Below, in pieces: positions 1 through 10,134 of a stretch of 64,000 bases of DNA. Under the pieces are notes generated by a model. That model saw only the letters and a program-made list of their open reading frames with translations. It ran no database searches and was not told where the DNA came from. This DNA comes from Longimicrobiales bacterium. GTDB lineage: Bacteria > Gemmatimonadota > Gemmatimonadetes > Longimicrobiales > Gaopeijiaceae. Both the position numbers and the translations under genes were made by a program. The stretch covers positions 2,816,001-2,880,000 of the forward strand of contig CBDFIQ010000002.1 of NCBI GenBank assembly GCA_965248195.1, given 5' to 3'. The number at the start of each line of letters is the position of its first letter. Position 1 is the first letter of the stretch.

Positions 1-1530
1 TCCGACCTCCGGGTTGAAGTCGCTCCCGATCTGCCGGTAGCCCGCGGACATCTGCCAGTCACGCGTCACAAAACTCGAACTTCCGTTGAACCCGTATTCG
101 CCATTGTTGAATCCGGTCCGCGAGTCGGGCACACCGGCGGGGACCGGCGTCGTCGTCAGGCTCATCCAGCCGTCGAACGTCAGCGCTTGGCCGACGCCGA
201 GCCGGCCATCCAGACCGTAGGTCATGTTGTAGTCGTTGGTGTCGCTCGTATTGAGACGCGACACGAGGATCCCACCGACCTGGGTCCGATTGCCCAGCTC
301 CTGATAGAGCCGAACAACCCCGAAGTTGTTCGTCGGAGCGACCTGTTCCGGCAGTCCAGTTTCTGAGTCGAGCGCGCTGAGATCATCCGTCTGGATGTTC
401 AGCACGCCTACCTGAAGACCTCCGACCTTGCCGGAGAGCCTGGCACCGGCCTGAATAGGGACCTCTATCCCCGACGCAAGTCCGATGCGGCGGCTGAAGA
501 AGAGCTCGGCGGACCGGCTCGAACCGACAGAGAAGGTCCCGGCATTCTCCAGGAAGAACGCCCTCTTCTCGGGAAAGAAGAGCGAGAAGCGGGTGAGGTT
601 CACCTGCTGGTCATCGACCTCCACCTGCGCAAAATCGGTGTTCACCGTCAGGTCGAGTGTCAGGCTCTGGTTGATGCCCACCTTGGCGTCGCCGCCGATC
701 CGACTGCCGAAGTCCGCGTCCGGTACGGCGACGGTGTAGTCCTTGAACGCGTCTCCGAGCACGTACGGACTGACCGTCACGATCCGTTTGGTCGGAGCCT
801 GGAGGGCGAGCGTCCCCGCCATCGAAACGCGGTAGAGGTTGAACTGGCGAGGGATCGGCGCCCAGACCGACTGCTCGCTATTCCGCCGAATGTTCCTCTC
901 GAAGTTGATGCCCCACGTCTGCTCACCGCCCTCACCGTACCGGAGCGTCGAAAAGGGGATTCGCATCTCGGCGTACCAGCCACGCTCGTCAGTGGACGTG
1001 GCGACCTCCCAGCTTCCGTCCCAGTTCAGATTGAAGCCGCCGCCCGACCCCCTCTGCTGACGCCCGCCGCCACCGCGGCCGCCGCTGCCCTGGCCCTCGT
1101 TCGAGATCTGCCCGTCGTATTCGATGCCCGCTGGCGTTGTACCGAAGACGAAGCCGTTCTGACGATCGAGGTACGTGTCGATCACCATCACGAATGCGTC
1201 CGACTCATTCACCGACGCGTCGCGGAGCGTCTGGCCCACGACCAAGGACGAGGCATCGGCGTCGAACATCCACGCCCCGACGTAAAGCGCCCCGTCGTCG
1301 TATACGAGGCGCACCTCGGTCCGCTCCGAAACGGGCTGGCCTTCCATTGGCTCGCGCTGAACGAAGTTTGTCAGCACCTCAGCGCCGGCCCATGCACCGT
1401 CATCCAGACGTCCGTCGATGGTTGGAGCGACCGGAACCTGGACCGCGATCGCCTTCGGCGATTGTTGGGCTTGTAGACGGCCCCCGATCACAAGGATCGT
1501 GATCGGCACAATCCAGCGCACATGTAACAT
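1..1530 (-). CDS. DUF5916/CBM9-like outer-membrane-associated protein (3' end runs off window)
   Basis: Not in ORF track. Manual translation from ATG 1530 (GAGG upstream): MLHVRWIVPITILVIGGRLQAQQSPKAIAVQVPVAPTIDGRLDDGAWAGAEVLTNFVQREPMEGQP..., later NTDFAQVEVDDQQVNLTRFSLFFPEKRAFFLE, typical of DUF5916 proteins. Confidence 0.8.
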   Translation of the reverse strand, partial: MLHVRWIVPITILVIGGRLQAQQSPKAIAVQVPVAPTIDGRLDDGAWAGAEVLTNFVQREPMEGQPVSERTEVRLVYDDGALYVGAWMFDADASSLVVGQTLRDASVNESDAFVMVIDTYLDRQNGFVFGTTPAGIEYDGQISNEGQGSGGRGGGGRQQRGSGGGFNLNWDGSWEVATSTDERGWYAEMRIPFSTLRYGEGGEQTWGINFERNIRRNSEQSVWAPIPRQFNLYRVSMAGTLALQAPTKRIVTVSPYVLGDAFKDYTVAVPDADFGSRIGGDAKVGINQSLTLDLTVNTDFAQVEVDDQQVNLTRFSLFFPEKRAFFLENAGTFSVGSSRSAELFFSRRIGLASGIEVPIQAGARLSGKVGGLQVGVLNIQTDDLSALDSETGLPEQVAPTNNFGVVRLYQELGNRTQVGGILVSRLNTSDTNDYNMTYGLDGRLGVGQALTFDGWMSLTTTPVPAGVPDSRTGFNNGEYGFNGSSSFVTRDWQMSAGYRQIGSDFNPEVG

Positions 1531-1793
1531 GAAACCTCACGAACTGGCTGGCGAATCGCGCTGAGGAGCGCAAGGAAGGCCTAGTCTGCCTGATAACCTC
1601 CACTCCGACAAGAGCGCGACGTTCGACCGTAGCGACGCGCCGCCGAGCCCGGAGCATCGCCAACTCCGCCTCAGAGTATGCCTCCACCGAGCATTCCAAG
1701 AGCCAATCTCAGGCATTTGCCCGACCCGAGCCCCCTCCGTAGCTTGCGCTGGGGTCACGGACACGACACGCCAACGATGGGGAGGTACCCACC

Positions 1794-2510
1794 ATGAAGC
1801 TCTCTAGACGAGATGCGATTCGAGTCTCCGGGACGACGGTAGCTGGCCTGTCCATGGGGGTGGTCAGCGCAAAGGACATGCTGGGGCAAGCCCCATCCCA
1901 GCAGGCGTGGCCGGACAATCTCGTGGAGGGGACGCTGCGCCAACGGGCCGAGCTTCCGCTCAACCCGGATGGGTCCGCCCCCGAGCACCCGCCCGAGGAC
2001 GCGGGAGAGATCACGGGCGCCATCTGGCGCTACACGGGCGGAGAGGCCCCCGAGATCGACTACGATTACCGGAACCTGGAGATCAGGCTCGACTCTCGCG
2101 GGCTCGCGCGATTGGGAGGGACCCTTCGGTTCAGCGATCTCGAGGACCTGCCTCGTAATTCATATACGACCCTGCTCCAGTGTGGAGCGCCGCAACCCAC
2201 CGGGATCGTGAAGTGGACCGGCGTACGATTCAGCGACTTCGCGGAGATGATCGGCGTGCAGCGGCCCGCACACTACTGCCGGTTGATTTCGCATGACGGC
2301 TATTGGATCGACGAAGAGATGCCCACCATGATGCATCCACAGGTGATGCTGGTATGGCTGATGAACGACCAGCCGCTCGCCCCGATCAACGGTGCGCCGA
2401 TTCGGCTCGTGATCCCGTTCCGCTACGGGGCACGCAGCATCAAGGCGATCTCGGAGATCACCTTCGGCTCTCCCGGGCTTCCGATGCGAGAGCCACCCAC
2501 GAGAGGCTGA
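1794..2510 (+). CDS. Tat-exported molybdopterin-dependent oxidoreductase (sulfite oxidase/MsrP-like)
   Basis: Twin-arginine signal SRRDAI; Mo-Cys LQCG, KWTGVRF, NGAPIRLVIPFRYGARSIKAI; GGAGG RBS. Confidence 0.8.
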   Translation: MKLSRRDAIRVSGTTVAGLSMGVVSAKDMLGQAPSQQAWPDNLVEGTLRQRAELPLNPDGSAPEHPPEDAGEITGAIWRYTGGEAPEIDYDYRNLEIRLDSRGLARLGGTLRFSDLEDLPRNSYTTLLQCGAPQPTGIVKWTGVRFSDFAEMIGVQRPAHYCRLISHDGYWIDEEMPTMMHPQVMLVWLMNDQPLAPINGAPIRLVIPFRYGARSIKAISEITFGSPGLPMREPPTRG

Positions 2511-2673
2511 GCCGTCACACCTGGATAGTATTATTCATTGGAGGGGCCACAAGAGGTTCTCTTCCTTGCCGTGAGCGCACATCCTACTTAACTATCGAGA
2601 ACCGTTGAATCAGGTGCGGTCACTCCGTTCCCCCGTGGGTGGGCGCCCACCGTACCCCGCCGGAGGTCCCGAA

Positions 2674-4026
2674 ATGCGAGCCACGACCGGTCCACTTCTC
2701 CTGACTTCATTGGCGATCACGGCTCTGGCCGTCATCGGCCCATCCACAGCTGGTGCGTTGGCCGCGCAGCAAACGCTCGCTGTGACGGCGGCGGACCGGT
2801 CCCCGTCCCGAACGCACGAGACTCCGACCTTCTATGCGGACGTTCTGCCCGTCCTCCAGGAGAACTGCCAGACGTGTCACCGGGATGCCGGTGCGAACAT
2901 GGGAGGCCAGATCGCACCGTGGCCGTTGGTCACCTACGAGGACGCGCGCCGACGGGCCCCCAGGATGGCGACAGCCGTGCGGGAAGGCCGGATGCCCCCC
3001 TGGTCCGCCGCTGATTGGCACAAGGGAACGTTCAAGAACGAGCGAGTCCTCGAAGACGAGGAGAAGGCGACGATTATCGCATGGGCCGAGGGAGGCACCC
3101 TCGCAGGAGATCCAGCGGACGCGCCGCCCATGCCCGAGTTCCTGAAGGGGGCCCTGGCCAATGCAAGCGAATGGACGCTCGGAGAGCCCGATCTGATCAT
3201 GCGGTTCGATGAGCCGTACTGCGTGGACGACGACCTCAGGGATATCTACGTCGACATCCCCGTTCAGATCACCGAGGACATGCTTCCCGAAGACCGCTGG
3301 ATCAAGTCGATCGAGTATCGTAACGGACCGGCGGTTCACCACATCATTTCCGCCGTCGGGGGCCTGGTTCCCGGAGCCGCACCCCGTGTTTACGAGGATG
3401 GCTATAGCCGGCTGATGCGAGCAGGGCCGAGAGAGGTCATGTTCAACATGCATTTTAACAAGGAGCCGGGACCCGGTACCGCACTGTGCACCAACATCCA
3501 GGCGGGAATCACCTTCAAGGAGCCGGGCGAGGTGATCCGGTTCGTCACCGGCGGGAACGGTCTCTTCATACGCCCCATCTTGATCCCGGCCGGGGCCGAG
3601 AGCTACTCCGCATCCCGGGAATATGAATTCGAAGAAGACGTCGAGATCCTCAGCTTCATGCCGCATATGCACCTGCGCGGCAAGGCGGCCCAGTACGAGA
3701 TCACCTATCCGGACGGGCGACACGAGACTCTTCTCCACGTCCCCAAATACATCTTCAACTGGCAGCACACATACAAGTTCAAGGAGCCGGTCTTCGCGCC
3801 CGCGGGCTCGACGCTCAGGTTCACGCTCTGGTGGGACAACTCGGAGAATAACCCCCACAACCCCGACCCGACCGTATACGTGGAGTGGGGTCGGCCCACC
3901 CACGCAGAGATGTCTCAGGGTTACATGAGCTTCCAGACGATGGAGGAGCGCCACATCGTGGTGGGCGAGGAGATCCCGGACGATGTGAGGATAGCCGAAT
4001 CGGGAGACGACTCGAACGGCAACTAA
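2674..4026 (+). CDS. Secreted heme c + copper type II (PHM/DBM-like) monooxygenase domain protein
   Basis: Signal peptide; CQTCH heme motif; RMPPW; VHH, MHF, PHMHLRG and AEM putative Cu ligands; FNWQ; GGAGG RBS before ATG 2674. Confidence 0.75.
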   Translation: MRATTGPLLLTSLAITALAVIGPSTAGALAAQQTLAVTAADRSPSRTHETPTFYADVLPVLQENCQTCHRDAGANMGGQIAPWPLVTYEDARRRAPRMATAVREGRMPPWSAADWHKGTFKNERVLEDEEKATIIAWAEGGTLAGDPADAPPMPEFLKGALANASEWTLGEPDLIMRFDEPYCVDDDLRDIYVDIPVQITEDMLPEDRWIKSIEYRNGPAVHHIISAVGGLVPGAAPRVYEDGYSRLMRAGPREVMFNMHFNKEPGPGTALCTNIQAGITFKEPGEVIRFVTGGNGLFIRPILIPAGAESYSASREYEFEEDVEILSFMPHMHLRGKAAQYEITYPDGRHETLLHVPKYIFNWQHTYKFKEPVFAPAGSTLRFTLWWDNSENNPHNPDPTVYVEWGRPTHAEMSQGYMSFQTMEERHIVVGEEIPDDVRIAESGDDSNGN

Positions 4027-4066
4027 GCTGTAGCGGCGCGGGGCAGTTCCGCTGTCCTAGGCCTTC

Positions 4067-4930
4067 CTAGGGACTGGTCACGTAGCGTGAGAACTTCTCG
4101 CGGTCGGACTCGGCCTCTTCGCCATAGATGAACCCGCGATAGCGTTCATCCCCATCGAGATAGAGTTTCAGCCAGGCAATGCCGTAACGGCCGATGGTTG
4201 CCAGATCCGGTCCGCACGTAGAGTCCGCGATGTAGTGATCGCCGCCGTCGACCTCCATGTAGACTTTGGTCGTCGATTCGGGAATCGATAGGAAGTGTGG
4301 CCAGGCGTGATCAGCCACCGGTGTGACCCGGTCCGCCGAACCAGCCATGATCAGAGTCGGAGCGGTGATCCGGTCGAACACACCTTCCGGCTGGTAGGGA
4401 GTGAACGGGATCGCCGCCTGAATCTCGTCCCCGTGTTCGTTGGCCGCGATCAGGGTGCCGCCGCCACCCATGGAATGGCCCATGATCGCCATTTTCCCGG
4501 CGTCGACGCGACCGCGTAGGGGGCTTCCATCGCGGTTGTTCTCGGCCTTCAGGATCCTCACGGCAGCGATCAACGCGTCGGCCCTGACTTCGGGGCGATC
4601 CCTCGGCTCATTCGTATCCAGCACCAGCACCGCGTAGCCATGGGAGGCCAGGCGAGGCCCCCACCAGTCGATGTGGCGCTGTTCTTCAGTGAAGCCTGGC
4701 GCGATCGCCACGCCGCCCGTCGGTGCCGGGGCATCGAGGGGATAATAGATCGTCGCCTCCGCAAATTCCCGCGCATCCGGAAAGTCGGTGTAGGTCCTCA
4801 CTTCATAGACCCCGTCTCCGGACAGCGAAGCGATGCTCGGTGCGGGGCCTTGGGCAACTCCCGGGCCAGAGGTGGCGCAGGAGACGAGGAGTACCGCGAG
4901 GGTCGGTAGCAGACTTCTGCCCAAGCTCAC
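4067..4930 (-). CDS. Cutinase/PETase-like alpha/beta hydrolase (polyester hydrolase family), probable lipoprotein
   Basis: PGFT oxyanion loop, [19 protein letters not shown] nucleophile elbow, GSADRV (Asp), GGDHY (His), [13 protein letters not shown]; lipobox-like LLVSC. Confidence 0.85.
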   Translation of the reverse strand: MSLGRSLLPTLAVLLVSCATSGPGVAQGPAPSIASLSGDGVYEVRTYTDFPDAREFAEATIYYPLDAPAPTGGVAIAPGFTEEQRHIDWWGPRLASHGYAVLVLDTNEPRDRPEVRADALIAAVRILKAENNRDGSPLRGRVDAGKMAIMGHSMGGGGTLIAANEHGDEIQAAIPFTPYQPEGVFDRITAPTLIMAGSADRVTPVADHAWPHFLSIPESTTKVYMEVDGGDHYIADSTCGPDLATIGRYGIAWLKLYLDGDERYRGFIYGEEAESDREKFSRYVTSP

Positions 4931-6854
4931 GGACTGGTGGGTAGCGCCAGGCCGATCAATCCGGATTCTTCCCCTGCGCCGTAGGCCATCACGATGAATT
5001 GTCTGCCTTCGGCCATATAAGTCATCGGGGTCCCGCTGGGTGTCACCGGGAGTTCGATCGAGTGCACGACCTCGCCGGTCCCCTTGTCGAACGCCCGTAG
5101 GACGGGAGGCTCCCCGGTGCCGCGACCACCGCTGTGGCCCAGGAACAGCAGATTCGGAGTCAGCAGGGGACCCGTATAGCCGCCGCCACCCACGGGACCG
5201 GGATCGGGTATGCCGAGATCGATCAGCCGCTGGCGGATCCCATTGCCATGAGGAACCATCCAGGCACGTTCTCCGCTATTGAGGTCGTACGCGGTCACGC
5301 GAGCGTACGGTGGCTTGAGCAGGGGAAGACCTCGCGGGCCTGCGGCAGAGCGTTCCCCACCCCGCCTGTACCGGAAATCTGAGCTTTCGGGATCGGCCTC
5401 CACGATCTGAACCACCATGGGGCCCGTGCGCGAGGGCACGTAGAGATACCCGGTCTGGGGATCGAACGCCGCGCCTTGCCAGTTCGCCCCCCCTCCCCAC
5501 CCCGGGACGTTGATCGTCCCGCGCTCTGACGGCGGAGAAAAGAGAGGGCCGTAGTCGAGTTCGGACAGGATGGCTTCGGCCTCGGCCCTCAGCTCGGGTG
5601 TGAAGTCGATCAGGTCGTCGATCGTGACTCCCTGCCGCTCGAAGGCTGGGGGTTTCGTCGGGAACGGCTGCGTGGGGGAGACACGCTCTCCAGGAACCGT
5701 CGACGGTGGCACCGGGCGCTCCTCGATGGGCCAGACGGGCTCTCCCGTTACACGATCGAACACGTAGACGAACCCCTGCTTGGTGACCTGTGCGACGGCC
5801 TTGATGGGCTGGCCATCCACGGTGATGTCGACCAGCGTGGGCGCCGCCGGGATGTCGTAGTCCCACAATCCGTGGTGCACGAGCTGATAGTGCCAGACTC
5901 ACTCACCCGTCGCGGCATCCACAGCGACGAGGCTCTCGGCAAACAGGTTGTCCCCTAAACGATGCCCGCCGTACCAGTCGTTGGTCGGTGTGCCTATGGG
6001 CAGGTAGACGTATCCGAGCTCGAGGTCGGCGCTCATGATGGACCACACGTTCGTGTTGCCGGTGTAGGTCCAGGAATCATCCTCCCACGTCTCCATGCCG
6101 TACTCGTCCTTCTCGGGGACCGTGTTGAAGCGCCACCGTTCCTCACCGGTACGTACATCGAAAGCCCGAACGTCACCTGGGGGGGCGGTCATGTACCGTG
6201 CGCCGTCGGAGATCGATGACCCCACGACGACGACCTCACCCACCACGAGCGGGGGCGACATGACCTGGTACGATCGCCTTGGGACGGCGCGGCGCAGGCG
6301 CTCGGTCAGATCGATCCTGCCATTCGTGCCGAAGTCGCCCACCGGGCGCCCGGTCCACGCATCGAGCGCCCACAGGTGTGAGTCGCCCGTGGCGACGAAG
6401 ATGCGCTCCGCCTCACCGTCCGACCAATAAGCGACGCCCCGAGAGTTGAAGCCGAGGTTGGTTGGGCGCCCCACCTCCCAGCTCCCAGGATCGAATTCCC
6501 AGAGCTGCTCGCCGGTGGCTGCTACGATCGCCGCAACCATACTCAGGGAGGTCCGTACGTAGAGCACCCCGTGGACCATGATCGGGGTAGCCTTGAAATT
6601 CCCGACCTCCAGGTCGTGCTCGGAAGCACCGCGGCGTCCGACGTCGTCCACTGCCATACGACCCGCAACTGCTCGACGTTGTCAGCGTCAATCTGGTCGA
6701 GTGGTGCGTACTTCGTGCTGCCGGCGTCCCCTCCATAGGCCGGCCAGGCGCCTTCGGGCGCGCCCTGCTGGGCGCGGAGCACGGCCGCCGGTGCGAGAAC
6801 CGCCACTAAGACCGCCGCCACACTCATCGTCACCGCTGGTCTCACCGTTGCCAC
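4927..6854 (-). pseudogene. PQQ-dependent dehydrogenase (glucose/quinate type), interrupted
   Basis: [47 protein letters not shown]. Frameshift at ~6627 and in-frame TGA at 5899-5901 (TGE*VWHYQ). Confidence 0.8.
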
Positions 6855-7017
6855 ATATCTCCGCTGAAGTTGGGCGTCATCATAGGGCCCGCCATTCCGA
6901 ATCGGAAGATCGGGTGGCTCGCCAGGGCTTTGCTGCGGGAATGAAAAGCATTTAACCTAGGTGCCGGCGGCCCAACCCGTGGGTCGAGCTGGACTTGGCT
7001 GTACTCGGAGCGGGAAG

Positions 7018-7470
7018 ATGACGATGCGCGCATCAGCGATGGTCCTCCTAGCCGGCGCCGCACTTGCCCAAGCACTGCCGGCGCAGCAGCAGCCTCTGCC
7101 GGACTCGGTTCAGGGCCCACAGCCGGTCGGAACGATGAGTGAGCTCATGGTTCACCTCATTTACCCAACCTCGGACGCCATCTTCTATATCCTCACGCGA
7201 ACCCCGACAAGCACTGCGGAATGGGGCGAACTCGAGGGCAAAGCCCTCATGGTGGCGGAGTCGGCCAACCTGCTGATGATGCCGAGCCGAGCCCGTGGAC
7301 GCGAACAGTGGATCATGGACGCCCGGTTGCTACTCGATGTGGGTGAGGCGGCGCTCCGGGCGGCACAAGACAGGGACGTCGAGGCACTCAGCGAGTTGAA
7401 CGAACAACTCTATCAGTCGTGCATAACCTGCCACCAGCACTTCCGGCCCGGCTATGGAGCGCGACAGTGA
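7018..7470 (+). CDS. Secreted cytochrome c'-like four-helix protein
   Basis: Signal peptide; ELMVHLI...AESANLL; C-terminal CITCH. Confidence 0.7.
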   Translation: MTMRASAMVLLAGAALAQALPAQQQPLPDSVQGPQPVGTMSELMVHLIYPTSDAIFYILTRTPTSTAEWGELEGKALMVAESANLLMMPSRARGREQWIMDARLLLDVGEAALRAAQDRDVEALSELNEQLYQSCITCHQHFRPGYGARQ

Positions 7471-7539
7471 TCGTGGCGGTTCCTGTGCTGGAGTTTTGGC
7501 CTGGTGCGAAACATCGCGGAGCCAATTAGCTTGCCGCTC

Positions 7540-8019
7540 ATGAAATCAAAACGATACCAATGGCTCGTGCTGCCCATCCTCCTTTTCGGCTGCTCACCCG
7601 ACGCCGGCGGGCCGCCCTTCACACTGGTCGCAGATCTCCCGGACCTGATGACTACGGTCGTGGACCCGGCGGCCGACGTCTATTGGGACGCAGTGGGGTG
7701 GATCATCGACGCGAGCGGCACGACGGAAATCCGACCCGAGTCCCCAGAGGAGTGGGAGGCGGTGCGTAACGCCGCGTACCAGGTCGCCGAGTCCGGCAAC
7801 CTCATGATGATGGAGGGCCGCGCGGTGGACGAGCCGGAGTGGAGGGGTTTCTCGCAGGCGCTGATCACCGTTGGACGGCGAGCGATCGAGGCCGCGGAGG
7901 CCCGAGACGAACAGGGTGTCTTCGACGTGGGCGCCGAGATCTACGCCGTCTGTACGGGCTGCCACTCCATATATGCGGTCGAGACGCTGCGGCCGGGCAC
8001 CCGCACCGAGGGCGACTGA
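7540..8019 (+). CDS. Cytochrome c'-like lipoprotein
   Basis: LLFGC lipobox; DLMTTVV...AESGNLM; C-terminal CTGCH. Confidence 0.7.
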   Translation: MKSKRYQWLVLPILLFGCSPDAGGPPFTLVADLPDLMTTVVDPAADVYWDAVGWIIDASGTTEIRPESPEEWEAVRNAAYQVAESGNLMMMEGRAVDEPEWRGFSQALITVGRRAIEAAEARDEQGVFDVGAEIYAVCTGCHSIYAVETLRPGTRTEGD

Positions 8020-8022
8020 GGC

Positions 8023-8295
8023 TTAGTACGGCCAGCCATAGTACGGCCAGCCGAATCCCTCCGAGATCGTCCGCATGATCGTCCATGCGAGAAAAATGCC
8101 CGCAAAGCCCACTCCGAACACCAGAGCGAGGCGGCTGAAAGGTCTGTCTCCCACCTTCCCTGCGAGTTCGCCCTTCGCCCCCTCCCCCTCGGACTCGCTG
8201 AGGCCGCTGTCTTCCACAGATCCCTCCCGGCATGTGTTCTCCGCAACATACGCGGGTGTTGCGCCGTGAGCATCCCCGAGATCACCCCTCGTCAC
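8023..8295 (-). CDS. Small single-TM hypothetical protein
   Basis: Hydrophobic LALVFGVGFAGIFLAWTI; C-terminal GWPYYGWPY encoded by a 15-nt tandem duplication (8024-8052). Confidence 0.45.
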   Translation of the reverse strand: MTRGDLGDAHGATPAYVAENTCREGSVEDSGLSESEGEGAKGELAGKVGDRPFSRLALVFGVGFAGIFLAWTIMRTISEGFGWPYYGWPY

Positions 8296-8467
8296 GTCCC
8301 AAGATGATCAGATATGGTCACATTGATCAAGACGGAGCGCTGGTCGATTCCACTTCACCGGACCCATAAGCTCGAGTCGTCGAGCGGCTATTGACAACCA
8401 CCGACGCCGCCGGTTTGTTGGAGGCGCTCCAACGCCTGTCCACTCTGTCTTCTTCGAAAGGTGTGCT

Positions 8468-8974
8468 ATGCGATTCTTCGGCACCGCTCTTGTACTGTTG
8501 CTCGCCGCGTGCGCGGGCACGGGCACGGCCGGGGTGCCGGACCCCGAGCCGATGGGCAACCTCGCGCAGGTGATGCGCGGGATCCTGTTTCCTAATTCGA
8601 ACATCCTCTTCGACGTCCAGTCGATCGATCCCGACGATCCGCCGCCAGTGGCCGCAGGGGGAGGTGCCACGGCGACCTTCTCCGGCATCTACGCGGGGTG
8701 GCAGGTGGTCGAGAACGCGGCGATCGCCTTGGGGGAGGCGGCCAACCTCATCACGATTCCCGGACGCTTGTGCGAGAACGGTCGACCGGTGCCGTTGGGA
8801 CAGGCCGATTGGGCCGTGTTCACCGAGGGGCTGAAGGACGCGGCCGACGTCATGCTGGTCGCGGCGCGGGCCAGGGATCGAGAAGCCGCGAGCGACGCCA
8901 CCAACGACCTCGCAGAAGCGTGTTATGTCTGCCACGAGGTGTATCGCGATGCGGCACCACGCTGCACGCCTTGA
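8468..8974 (+). CDS. Cytochrome c'-like lipoprotein
   Basis: LLAAC lipobox; QVMRGIL...GEAANLI; C-terminal CYVCH. Confidence 0.7.
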   Translation: MRFFGTALVLLLAACAGTGTAGVPDPEPMGNLAQVMRGILFPNSNILFDVQSIDPDDPPPVAAGGGATATFSGIYAGWQVVENAAIALGEAANLITIPGRLCENGRPVPLGQADWAVFTEGLKDAADVMLVAARARDREAASDATNDLAEACYVCHEVYRDAAPRCTP

Positions 8975-9059
8975 CCGTTTGCCTAACGTCTGACATCAGC
9001 CTGGTAGTCGGTGCTCGAACCGGCGGCGCTGGGCCACACCTCGCCTTGTGGATGAGCCC

Positions 9060-9560
9060 ATGAGTCTGCGTAGCTGGTTCGAGTGGATGGACGCATTCCC
9101 AAGCAGCATCGCCATGCGCGAGTCGCTCTACGCCTTCCCGGTCTTGCTGACGATTCACCTCATCTCGCTGGCGATGTTTGCCGGGCTCGTCGTGATGATG
9201 GACCTACGACTCCTCGGCGTGGCGTACCGAGGCACTTCATTCTCTGAGGTCCAGGCGCGGCTCTTTCCGTGGCAGATGGTGGGTATGGTGCTAACCTCCC
9301 TCGCCGGACTTCTGCTCTTCTACGCCCAGCCGATGCGTTACTTCGGGAGGGTGCTCTACTGGATCAAGATGGCGTTGATGGTGCTGGCTGGCGTGAACGC
9401 ACTCGTCTTTCACCTGACGACCTATCGCTCGGTCGCCGAGTGGGATACCGCCGGCCCGCCTCTCGGAGCGAAGGTGGCGGGCGGGCTGTCCCTGGCCCTG
9501 TGGGCCGGTATCGTGACCTTCGGCCGATTGACGGCCTACGACTGGTGGACCTTCGAGTAG
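9060..9560 (+). CDS. DUF6644-like 4-TM membrane protein
   Basis: RES-x3-FP-x4-IH, MDLRLLG, YWIKM, SLALW-x5-GRL pattern. Confidence 0.7.
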   Translation: MSLRSWFEWMDAFPSSIAMRESLYAFPVLLTIHLISLAMFAGLVVMMDLRLLGVAYRGTSFSEVQARLFPWQMVGMVLTSLAGLLLFYAQPMRYFGRVLYWIKMALMVLAGVNALVFHLTTYRSVAEWDTAGPPLGAKVAGGLSLALWAGIVTFGRLTAYDWWTFE

Positions 9561-9572
9561 GCCTCCGATCTC

Positions 9573-10049
9573 ATGCTACTACCTCTCTTCGAGTGGTTGG
9601 ATGGCCTTCGGGTCGGCGACTGGATCAGTACTTCATCATATGCTGCGCCGCTGATCAACGTGATGCACATTCTGGCGCTGGTCATCCTGTTCGGCTCGCT
9701 GCTCATCGTCGACGTGAGGCTGCTCGGGCGCGGGATGACGCAGCAGCCGGTGGCGAGAGTCGCGAGAGATGCGCGTCCGTGGCTGATCGGAGCACTCATC
9801 TGCATGCTGCTCACCGGCATTCCGCAGGTCCTGTCCCTCCCCATCAGAGAGTATTACAGCCCGTTCTTCTGGCTGAAGATGCGGCTCCTTCTGGTCACGT
9901 TGATCTTCACTTTCACGCTCCGACACAAGGTGACCATGGCGGACGAGGCGAGGGTGGGGCCGGTCTGGGGCAAGGTCGTGGGGCTCGTGTCCATAGGCCT
10001 CTGGACGTGGATAGCCGTGGAAGGGCGCTTGATCGGACTGCTCTCGTAA
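9573..10049 (+). CDS. DUF6644-like 4-TM membrane protein (paralog)
   Basis: VMHIL, VDVRLLG, PFFWLKM, SIGLW-x6-GRLIG. Confidence 0.7.
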   Translation: MLLPLFEWLDGLRVGDWISTSSYAAPLINVMHILALVILFGSLLIVDVRLLGRGMTQQPVARVARDARPWLIGALICMLLTGIPQVLSLPIREYYSPFFWLKMRLLLVTLIFTFTLRHKVTMADEARVGPVWGKVVGLVSIGLWTWIAVEGRLIGLLS

Positions 10050-10134
10050 CGGGTGCTCGCGGTCTCGTACCTCGTCACTACTCCAGCCCGAACACAAGGC
10101 GCAGCGCCAACACACCGTTTGGGGGGAGACAGAA

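Noticed and set aside
2707..3954. Long antisense ORFs (also 13220-14299, 19706-21448, 36417-37556, 42038-43420, 58018-59226)
   Set aside because: Shadows of well-supported genes on the opposite strand, expected at high GC; no motifs
5899..5901. In-frame TGA as selenocysteine or recoding
   Set aside because: The position is a non-catalytic Arg-like site (TGE-R-VW), the gene also has a frameshift, and TGA is used as a normal stop throughout the window
8391..8420. TTGACA promoter upstream of 8468
   Set aside because: No convincing -10 box at 16-18 nt spacing
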